Source: Phoronis australis
Taxonomy: Eukaryota > Animalia > Phoronida
NCBI GenBank assembly: GCA_002633005.1
Contig: NMRA01000136.1
Coordinates: 784,369 to 848,368, forward strand
Direction of reading: 5' to 3'
DNA length: 64,000 nt
The position numbers were made by a program, and so were the translations under genes. This document shows positions 24,001 through 36,000 of the stretch, one piece after another. Within the stretch, counting starts at the first letter, position 1; each line of letters opens with the position of its first letter. The notes beneath the pieces are model-generated. The model ran no database searches, had not been told where the DNA came from, and saw only the letters and a program-made list of their open reading frames with translations.

Positions 24001-27000
24001 GAGGCAGTCAAAAGTCATAAAGCAGTCAATAATGTAATGAGCCAGTAGTTGAAATGAGTCAGTCATACAGAGACAGTTAGGAGTCATAAAGCAGTCAGTC
24101 AGAAAGTAACAAATTCTTGGACTGCCTTCCCCAGAAATAAAAATTCCACAACAAAAACTAGTCTGTGATGACGTCCTTCATTTGTAATGCATGCGAAGTC
24201 TAGTGGCATTGTATGTTTTTGCAAGATTCTTGCACTTACAGAACACAGCCGTGACCTTGACTATGGTCTTACCTTGACAAATGTGACAAGGTCCTCCATA
24301 GATTCCACCACCTCTGTAACAGCCAGGTACTCCAGCACATTCTTGCAACAACGCACAATTTTTCGCACCTCGGACTCATCAAAACACAGCAGTAACCCCG
24401 ACGTTCCTTGCAAGATTCCTTTGAAAAAATGAAACATTGATGAAACCATTCATAAAGGATTGTCTGTAAAAGCTTCGAACTTTCACCAAATCTGAGGTCA
24501 AAATATTAAAGCTATCGTTCTATAACATTCTGCCTAAAAGCACAAAAAACAGACACATTAAATATACAGTACGAGAGGGGGATTCAAGAAGACAAAGCTG
24601 CTTCTAATGTCAAAATCAAGCAACAGAATACAGTGCTATGACATCTTTACAAGTTGGTTTTAAAATAAGCGAAACAAATTGCAACAGCACTCCTCAGTTG
24701 TGATGCTGTAGAATTTAGTTAAATATCTATTCACCACACTGCCACCTATTGCATAATTATGAAGTATTACTGTCTACAAGTGAGCACAGCTCTAAGAACC
24801 AAGACATAGTTTATCTATACGATAGTCCGACTGCAATACAACATTGATCAGAAATACAACCGAGATGATATCTTCAGTTGTAATAACAGTCACTTTATGC
24901 AATGCCTTAAGTTGGTGATTTATTTTGCCAATCTCGTGTAAAATACACATCAGGCAATAGCTCACTTGCGAGTTTCTCGTTAGTCACTGTGACGTCACCG
25001 GAAAGGGGGCAAAACCCGCCATATTGCTCTTGTTTTGCCCCGAGTCTTTGCTACACACGCTAAAACTTACTGGAGTTCTTATGGTGAATTTTATGCTTAA
25101 AACGTTAAAACAACTTAAGATATGGTAGATGGGTCGTGGAATAACTGTGAATGGACGAAGAAAATGTGAACTTGTTATGTTGTGCGAAGCTGTGAACGGA
25201 CTGAAATTGGAACTTAACCCGCTCTAGGCCTGAATGGCGCAGGCATACAGGGGCGATAGTGTATCCCCATAAAAAGATATTCACTTCAAAATACAGCAAA
25301 TAAAATCAAATGAAACATGCATATGTGCACATGAAGTTATAATTAACACATACCCTGACTCTGGACACAATTTAGTCTACAAATAACTTGAGCATATTCA
25401 TGAAAACCTCGCGGTTCTCTCGAGTTTCTCTCACTAAAGAGCCGCCATTTTGAGGAAGTTACGTGAAATCACGCCTGTTGACGAACAAAAAGTCCAAGGG
25501 ACACAAATCTTACAAATTTCACTTGATATTTTCTCATGCTATTTTGCAAGTGTCACGCGCCAGGTCACGCGCCAGATCTCGCGCTTCGCTCAGTCTCGCG
25601 CTAGCCTTTGCCTCATACTCACCTGACTCAGTTGAAATACTTGATTGTGGTAATCGCGCGCGCGGACAAAGTTAACAGTAACCACAAAGTGGAGTTGGAA
25701 TTCTTCGCCTAAGTCACCTGAATTCCCGTATATATGCTTCATCGAAGATATGTTTAGAAGCAGAAAGAGTCACTGAAGAAAGTAAGAGCCTTTTAGGTGC
25801 TAATTTTAGGTGTAGAATGTATTTTCGACGAGGTGAAAACTTTACCAGTGAGCGGATTTCGCCTACCGCCCGTCTAAAATACACGGGACGAAATTAGTAC
25901 AGAACGCGATAGAACGTATTGTAGTGCGAATCTGAAGTTCATTTGCCATAACAGCAATGCTTTTGGACATTTTTCGAACTAAATGGCTAAAAACTCGAAG
26001 ACAATAACAGAATACACTCTGCTACCGTATTGGGCAAATGACCAAACGACAAGCTTTTGCCCCACTTCCCGTGACGTCACAGTTAAGTCTCACATAATCT
26101 CGCGTTATTGTTATAAACTCGCAAAAAGTCTATAGTGGCAACATACCACAAGTTCAAGAGAGTGTCCTCACAGACAACAGGCTGCTGTTGTCATAGAGAT
26201 AATGAGTACAACACATATTTATTCTGAATAAAATCACCACCAACAAGATGCTAGATGTAAGCATGAAAAATCAAGATAAGTAACCTCGCACAAACCAATT
26301 CTTCAAATATCATTTCTGAAGGTTTTTGTCACAATCCATTGGTAAATAAATAGTATATTAATAACTACAATACCTCTCGAGCCTTCAATAAGTTTCTTCC
26401 TCGCTTGAGCAGAGAATGGATCAGACTTCAGAAGACGAGATGCCTCGACCAATAACAGACAAGCATCTTCGACACGAGTCAGAGTGGGGGGCATGTCTTC
26501 TTTGAGGATTTCATCTTTGCTTATGTAGATTGTCTCCTTACCCACCTGTCCAGAGTAACATGAGGTTGATATCGATGAATTAACCATGTCCGTCTCAAGA
26601 ATTGTACAGTGATGATTAGACAGTGATGATTGGACAGTGATAATTTGACAGTGATGATTGTACACTGATGATTAGACAGTTTTCCAGCCAATTCATTACT
26701 TGCACTCATAGATGGCGCTGCAAAAATGATTGTTGTGCATTGTTGTTTAGGAAGAACACAATGCCTCATTTTAGTAGCAATTTTAACAACGCAAACGTGA
26801 AAGCGCGTGTGTTCCAAACATGCAAAACCATTGGAGTCTAGACACACAAACACCTTGTTTACAAGCGTAATGGCAAATTTGTGTAAGTAGAGAATAGGAT
26901 GAACAGAGTTTGTTAGTTTCGTGTTACATCACACATTTTTTTAGAATCACTGCAAACATCCGAGTATTATTTCCTCTCACATAATACAAGTAACCATTCA

Positions 27001-30000
27001 GGATGTGAAAAATAAATGGCTTCATGCCTTGATAATCAGTAATTCTAAGAAGATATTTGAAGACTCCTGATCACGAATGCTTTCACTTATCTGCTCACAC
27101 AGTTAACACTGGTGAACTCCATTCCAATCCTAATACAGTACAACCAACGAAAACTTGAAGTGTAAAGTTGCCTTATTTCAATCAAAATTTGCCACGTTTA
27201 GAATGCAAAATTAAGGAAACCTATATTTTGTGCAAAATTGAAAAGAGCTATCATCAGATGAACTGATGAATAATTCACTGTTAATGTATTAGACAACAGG
27301 GCACAAAAACTGTTTAACTATGTATGAGCATGTCCCACATATTTAAAAGACAACAAAGACACTTCGTTGTCTGCTGAGGTGACACCTGTGATCTAAATTG
27401 AGCACTAGCTCAGCTATGACCTGAAAATGCCAACACAAGCACATTGTTCAAAGCACACATGCAGGTTTGAGTGGTGTACTTGTTTACTGAATGAGCCTAC
27501 TCACAAACCACAGTTAAAATCCAATGAAGAATGAAACTGTATTTTCCAAGCTCAGTAAAATTTAAAAGTACCTGTAAACCTGCCTTCACCTCAAAACATT
27601 CAATTCAGACCACTTACCAATATGAAATTTGTCTGAAATTGTTCCTGAGACAAAATAGGCATGATTTTTGGGTTTGGAAAGAACTGACAGTTTGCTATTA
27701 CTTGAGACAAGGTTCTAACTTGAAAGTTGCTACGATGTGTCATTTCATTCATCAAGCATTGTCTCCGGAAATACATAACTGCCAATCATTTGTCATCTAC
27801 GTATGGAACATGTTGAGACATGTTGGTAACTGTCATAAATCAAAGCCAAGTATCTTTGACAGGACCCAGGCTTAGTAACACTTTAAGTGTCAAGAAATTC
27901 TAAGTCTAATACCTTACTACTGTATTCGTCATAATAAGCACGCAGGGCGCTTAGAAAAATTCGTTTCAGGAGTGGGGTGCTTATTATGGCCTAAAGCGGT
28001 TGAAATCCAATCTACGAAACAGGTAAAATCTTAACCTAGGATTCGTCAAATTTACGCTCTGTGATGTATCTATAACCTATGACAGACTTTCTACAAAATT
28101 GTGGTGCATTGCTATCAAACTTTGTTATTAAATTACGATAATTTTTCAGAAAATTGTGCTTAAATCCCAGTGCAAAAACTCGCCAACTGATGCGTCACTG
28201 CCTCGCAATCGTCGATAGGGCAACTTGAATTTTTGAATAAAAATACAGTTTTGTTTCAACAAATTACCTAAAGTCCTCTTTAAGTTTTCCAAATAGCACC
28301 CCAAAGATTTTTAAGTTCCTGTAGAGTTGGGATTAACTGCATATTAATCCAAATTTGAGCTAGTTTTAGAACTGTAGGTAAGGCATTTTTTGCATGTACA
28401 CGTTCATGGGCTGGGCGCTTATTCTAGCCAAGTCTGAAAATGCGTGGCTGCGCTTATAGGGGCATGGGTGCTTAATAGGGCAAATACGGTATGCATAGTT
28501 TACACTGTGATATTCAGTAAAGTATCAATGCTTGCATGTGGTTAAATCCTTTCCCCAGAGTGACTGGAATTTATGGTGATAATTACCTGGCTGAGATTGG
28601 TGACTGCAGCAGACACAGTTTGTACAGGTCCAGCCAGGTCTGGCATGGCATTGCCATCTTCTGCCTCTTCATGGAGAATGACGAGCTGGGACACCTGGTG
28701 GAGAACAAACACATGTAAAATTATCATTTGTCCATTTTTCCAGGTGTAACATTGTTGAGAATGCCTACAATATTGTCTAGTAGTAGCTATATAGTATAAA
28801 ACTTGAATATGGCAAAATGTTAACTTAAAACCCAGTGAATCATTCATGAAAAAATGACAACCTTATCAGTCATATGATATTATGTCCTAAATAGTGAGAT
28901 TTTGAGGGATTAGTAAATAAAACTATGCCTGTGTAAGATCCTCACATTTATCATTGAGGATGGGACAACAAAGCATGCTCCTGGTGCAATACATATTTGG
29001 AGCACTCATTTGTGTTAATCAAAAATCAACCAACCAGACAAGGCTATGACTAAGCAGTGACCTTTTTAATATCCTATTACTCATGGTTATGTGTAGACAT
29101 ACTTATGATTAGCCAGACGTCTGGACCCCAAAATTTCATCACGGAATCAAAAACCAGATTGAGGCCTATAAATGATACGTTCTTAAATATTGACAATGGA
29201 CGTCTCGTATCATCATGAACAAGCAAGACAAATTAAAAAAATCATCTTTTCCATGAGATGTTTGAATCCCTAAATAAGACTAGATGACGATTTTCAAGTG
29301 TGATGTAGTTTATGAGGGTTAAACTCTCCAATGTAACATGTGACATTTCCTCTGGAAATGAAAGGAACCCACAAAATTGCATTCATGAATTTTGCATATC
29401 AGGGCAGTTGAGCTGAGCAACTAGTTCCCAAGGATTAGCCTGGGACCTATAAATCATTTCAGTCAGACAGAATCCATCTTTGTTTGTACAGAGAAAATTC
29501 AAACTAGTGTGGTGCAGCTTCTTGGCACTCTTCAGCTGGGACTGGATAGTTTCTGGGATGCGTTACGTATATAATCTAAGGCACTGCTACAGCCCTTGCA
29601 GGAAAAATCATTTTATTTTTAAACATAAAATGTGAATTGTATCCCAAAAGTCAACATTATAACTTCAGTGACCAATCACTTCAGTTGCTGTCATTTTGCT
29701 AGGGTGCATAACTTCGCGGGCACGCTAGAGAAATCCTCGCCTTTCACTCGCACGATTTTATGTGGTATTACGTGATCTTGCTTTTTGCACTAGTTTCCCA
29801 CCTCTACAGTGCGCACCCCAAGTTACATGACGACAGGACTTGCAGATGGTTCAGTTAACAACTGTCAAGATTCAAGGCCATGATCAAGACATTATACAGG
29901 TGCGAAAGCTACACCAATTGCAAACAGGAGCTGAATAACTTGTAATGCTTCACAATATCTCATCAACATTCACACGGTATTGTGCAACTCACAAAACCCT

Positions 30001-33000
30001 TTAAATAACAGTGCTTAGCTTGAATCCATAGTTGACCTTGTTTTAGCATGACAACTTGAAAATAAAATTTCTTCTCAATAGTAAATGCCAACATTTTCTA
30101 ACATAGGAGCAACTGTATATTTTTGACTTAAGAGGAAATTCATTGAGACCTACATTAACCTCATACAAGCAGTATGTAAATTTCCAATAAAAACTCCACA
30201 GCATCGTCCAACTTTCACTAGATTCATCACACAAAAGTACATCTAAATAATTACTTAATTACAGAAATCTACTGCATAAATTGTGGTTAAATTTCATCCA
30301 AATCTCCAATGCTTTTGACCCAGCTGTTTCTTGAAATTTATATTACATATTTTGACTGAACAAATTTGCACTTGTAATACAATAATTTGAGACTTTTTTA
30401 TCATAACAACAGTTCTATTCTACTCAAAAAAGTGTTAAATTTTGTCAGGTTCACCAAAAGTCAGACTAATTTATTTTGGAAAACCATCCGTTGCCAATGC
30501 CAGTATCTGCCACCATCTTAGTTGCTGATCTACAATATATTTTATATCTTCATTAAATCCAATACAAAATGAATATTACTGATAGCAATTGAATACCCCA
30601 GATCCATTTATCTCTAAATGAGCTTGGAGATGTTATCTCCCCCAGCAAATGCACAAGGCAAGGTCACATGATGCTAAGATAAACATCATGATGGTTTTGA
30701 AACTTGTGCCTGAGGGATGGCTTGGCTAATCAAGCATGTGACAATCATTATAACAGGTTGGTGTGGCAACAGACAATCTACAGCAGCATTACTCATGAGT
30801 TCTCACCAACAACTGCACAATTTAGAAGAGGCATCTAACATCGTGTGATTTTTATTCTCAGGGGAATGGGACCAAAATTCCACCGTAAACTCAATGCATC
30901 AAGGACCCTGGTAAATCTATAAGATTCAATTTTGAAAAGGAATGCTAGCCTCAATTTGTGCATGGTGCCTGTTGGGAGGTACCTATTACACCATGTTCAT
31001 TCCAAAGCAGTAATAGCTTATAAAACTGTTTAATAATACCTGATTGAATATTTTTAAATAGTTTTAAAAGAGAAAACTGTAGCGTGGTTATAAGCCCCTA
31101 TGAAGGTGGTTTAGTGAGAGCTTATTACTGAAGTAACTCGGTATGAACACGTCAGTTGCAAAATTAAAACTCAGTAGGTGATGTTGCTGTCAAATCTCGT
31201 TGGAAACAACTGAGACACCAACTGGAGAGAATGGTAAAGACCCAGAAACTAGGGTTACAAGTTTTTTAATGTTGATGCGACTGGAACCATAACATAACAT
31301 ATAAAACTATTGTCAGAAACTATTACAACTGGTTAATTAGTTTGAACACAGCTTTAGTACATTCTCTGTTGTCTTATATAACTTCTGGACTTGATGACCT
31401 ATGATTAGCCTCTACTGGATTCAACTACAATCCTGGGTAGAGTTCAATAACACCACTATCACCATAGAAAGAAAAAAATCTCACGAGATAGTGCTATGCA
31501 CTTTTAATGTGAACATGTGATTTTGAATAGATTTTTCTTGCTGTGAAACAGCTATTGCACTGTACACTGGCCAATGAACATAACAGATAAAGTGGTTAAC
31601 TGATTGGTCAGTTTATACCTTGACTCATATTCTGATGCGCTGTATATTCCTTTTCCTTTTTTATAATGTTCATCTGGTGTTCTCGTCTCTGTTTGAACCA
31701 TCCAGGGTTATCCCATTTACTTACCTCAGCACAGTGCCTGAAATTTGTGGGCCAGTTCAGAGATTCTTATGCAATAGTCATCTAAATTTCAACAGCCCAA
31801 TATAAATACATACCAAAGAAATGAACCCTAAAACCCCCAACACACCCAAATCAATCTTAACTTCTTATATGACTGCAAATACACAGTGGTCACAAGAAAA
31901 TACAGTTAGAAGTCTCACTCAAGCTAATGAAATACCATGATAGTACAGTGGAAAAAGCATAAATTTGGCACTACATACATCTTCCATAGAAAAATGGGAA
32001 AATAAAATTTGACATGCCCCCCCCTGTATTGTGTCCTGAAAATGTGACATTTCAGAGTAGTTTTCTGATGATCAGTAGTTTCCTCAACTCCAAGGTTTCA
32101 TAATTTCATGCATCATGACTATGACCTTTCTCTAACATGAAACTCACACCTTCTCCTACCTGTTCTAGAGACTCATTGACTAGTTAACCAGTGTCCATAC
32201 CATGTTTAGTAGCAAGGTAATGGCCATTTGGCTTCATCCTGTATATCTCACCATGGGACACCATGAAAGAGGTTAATGAGATGATTGTCCTTTCCATACT
32301 TTCCCAAAAGGGTGTAGTAGAAAAACCTGAGTGAGTATGTACAATTACCGGTATAGCACTACATATGGTAAGGGATTGGACAATGTAAAACGTCCCGTTT
32401 GGCAGAAACCCTCTCCCCATAAAAAGGATGACTCTACTCTAGAGAATCCTGACTAACATTTTAAGAGAATTTAAAAGGCTAGCCTATACCACTCATTACC
32501 TCCCTCACTAGTATGTTTTGTAAGCCCTTAAAAATGGTTCATGATAACAAATTATACTGCAAACCTCCCTTTCGAGGATGGATTTGGTGTTAAAATCTTT
32601 TGAATTTCTTCAATGTCACCTGGTCAGTCTCACCCTTCTATCCACATTCCATTCCAATGCTCAGTTTGGTGACATGCAGCTAACAAACGCGACATCAGAT
32701 TGTGTTTAGCAATCTGGGAAAAATCCAAAGTCTCCACAGTGATTATCAAAGTCCTGGGGTCTTCCAAACATTAAATTAATACAGCATTTTTCCTAGATCC
32801 AGTACCTTTGGTTCACAACTGCTCCATTAATTTCATGAAATCAATGCATTTGCCACCCTCAGCAGCCAGCACACATCAAAACGAGCTTAAAACACAACAG
32901 GAAGGAAGCATACGGAAGCCGGAATCATTCAGCAAAAATTAGGCAAGGTCAGACCAGGAAGCACATGCCTCCAATCTTTCCAACCATACTAGTACTTGTT

Positions 33001-36000
33001 TTATGTTGGCCTGTGCACGTCTGATGCACCGCATATGACACCAGACCACCTGCACCACTTTTTTCTGTTGGCAGGAGGAACTGAGTTAGATTGAATAGTG
33101 CGTATTTACGAGTTAGATTGAATAGTGCATATTTACGAGTTACGTTGAATAGTGCCTATTTACGTGGCGAAATGGAAGACATATGTGCAAACATTTGAGA
33201 ACGGAGAATAGCATGACTTTTTTGGTCTGCAACTTTCGATGTCGTTTGGGCGACCTGAGATTTCGTTTGGTAACCTGGGATCTTCGCGATGTCACATTTG
33301 GCGATTTGGCATCAAGCTAACCGTGGAGTACTGCATTCACAAAAGGGGGCAAGTCATCAATAGAGTGACTCACTAGGTTACACAGTGAAGGTAATTACTG
33401 TTTCTTATCAAATCATATCCAAGTAAAATGCTTGAAAGCATTCTGGATGTACTTTTCTATTTTTTGGAACATGAAAGGGGATGAAACCATAAAATCGGCC
33501 TAGAGGAGTAATAAGACTATGAGTCAAGGAACACTTAAAGAAAATGTAAGATATTAAAATTACCACTAGAAGCACCAAGGTAGTTGCATTGGATCTGTCC
33601 AAAAGCTGATGTCATCCCATTGTCACATTCACAGAAACACACATTTAACAAAGATCAAGGGGTTTAGGACTAGGAGATACAGATATGGATGTGAATTGTG
33701 AAAGTGCCACTAGGGGGAGCCACAGTAGTCAGAGCAATCTGAAGTCAACGTCAGTCATGCTCTTCCTAGTTAGAACATATACCGGTACCCCAATTTTCTT
33801 AATGATCCTTAGAGTAGTATGGCCAGTACATAGGCAGAAACTTGCAACAGACTCGAAAACAGTAAAATGCACACTAGGTAACGCAGAATGCATTAAAAAA
33901 CGAGGAGGGTCATCGTCTCCTTAACAGATACCTATTTGCAAAATTTCATAAAAATCAAAGCAAGAGAAACAAGAGTTTTTCCCCTGCCACTTGATTTACA
34001 TAGACAGATAAAATATCAGGGAGTGGAAGTGAGCCCATGTGCACGCCTCTTAATTACAGGTATGATATCCTAAGCCCCAGTCTCAGACTAGCGGACACCA
34101 AGCCCGCTATACAAATTCCATAGCCATGCTCCTAGATTTCGTACAATTGCCAAAAATACTCTCTGCTAGGTGAACATACTTCAGACTTGCATCCATGGAT
34201 CTTTCTGGAGTTTGGTCCACGGGTATCGAGTTTGGTCATGGGTATGGAGTACATGTATTTTTGGTATGTGTGAGGGATTTATGAGAGGGAATACAGAATA
34301 TGTACCACGGAATGAGAGGTTTATGGGATTGAAACACGAATTTAAAAAGAGTTGCCATGCAAATGTTTCCAACCCTTGAAAAAGCAATATTATTATTAGT
34401 AAAGGTTAAATTCATCCGCACTTTGAAATCTCACATTTTTTTTATTACAGTCGACCCCAGTCCTCACATTTTTCAATTAACACATTTCCCAAGTTTGCAA
34501 GATTCTACCAACCAAGTTTGAACTCTGGTAGCTGCCCTTCTCAGTTAGGGTCATGGGTTAATGGGCGATATGGTCCATGAAGGCATCTACAACTGACACT
34601 TGATGATAAGCTGTTATATTCAGCAGTTGTTCAGGAAGGAATGTTTCCTGTGGTGCTGAAGATAATTTAAACATAATAGACAAACCAGTCATGTATAGGT
34701 ATCCTGCAGGATTAATAAACTGTTTTTATTACAGATCATTATGTAATCCATTTCACTAGAGTGTGTAATCTTTTTGGATAGGTAGTATCCCAATAGCTGA
34801 CCTCAAAAATTCTGGAATTGTGAAATCAAGTGAAACTTGGAATAGCTGACAAAATAGCTGTACAAATTCGAATTAAGAGAACAATTTGCAAAAAATTTTG
34901 TTTTCAACAATTCACAAACAACTTTGAAATTGCAAACAATTCAGAGATTACGGATTGAAAATGAATGGCAATGTGGTGGTAATTTGTAAATTAACCCTTG
35001 TCAAAGATTAACGCAAACAATGTTTACAGAAAAGATTCAACTTCAAGACCTATGCCAGGAGTGAGGAAAGTAACATATAACACTTCGTCAAGAGAAATGG
35101 CATGTGCAGTGGTAGCTCAAACACCTACCGTAAACGTTCGGGTTAACGCCCTGGGCGGTTAAATTGGCAAACCCAAAAAAATCGGGGGTGGGCAGTTAAC
35201 CAGACATGGGCGCTTAAAAGTGAAATTTCAAGAAATCCAGGGTGGGCGGTTAACCGAACATGGGCGCTTATTACGACAGGCAACCGCCCTGGGCGGTTCA
35301 TCTTACCTCGGAACGTGTAGCGCTTTTCAAAGATCGTAATCGTCACGTCGCCACATGACGAGAAAAATGTCATAACAGCGGATGATCCCAACAAAGATTC
35401 TCTTGCCCTCAGATTAGTTATTCACTATTAAATTTACAGAATTGCTGAGTAATAGCCCGTGGCGTCCTGCGGTCTTGTTACTTTGCCCTCTAGAGTGCAG
35501 ACGACCAGTGACCACGTAGCCTCTACTTGGATTGCAACTATTTCAAGATGTGACCTTGTTAAAGTGCGCGCGTGCAAGCTTCCCGTAATACAGTAAACAA
35601 ACATGTACAGATCTATGTTGGACATCCACCCCAAAATCTTGCATCTTACTAGTACACACGTTTATCATCCACAGTTTCATTGCTGAAGCACAGGTTACAT
35701 GAGATTTTGAATAGGTGTGCGCTTCAAAATAATATTCCAAGCACAAATTTATCACTCAGTTGTCCTGACAACCACCATGAAGCAGGGTAGAGTTCAGTAA
35801 CACTAACGTTAGAACCTCGCTAAAAAGCAAGACTTCGCGAGATTACACGAGATATTGCCGCATATTTTAAATGAAAAAACGTGATTTTGGCTAGATTTTT
35901 CTAGCCGTGAGACAGCTACTGAACCCAATGGTCAGTAAATTTTAAACTGTGGAACAATATCTACAGCATGATGTGAAATAGGTTTAGACTTGAATATCAT

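Noticed and set aside
23365-24087. 240-aa Cys/His-rich ORF as a standalone metal-binding protein
   Set aside because: It is explained by a 69-bp (3n) minisatellite with a stop-free frame. There is no unique flanking coding sequence or convincing splice context.
31500-34700. Coding-like, slightly GC-richer sequence with short ORFs in vinculin intron 1
   Set aside because: No recognisable domain motifs and the frames are interrupted. It may be a decayed mobile element, but this cannot be supported without a translated database search.
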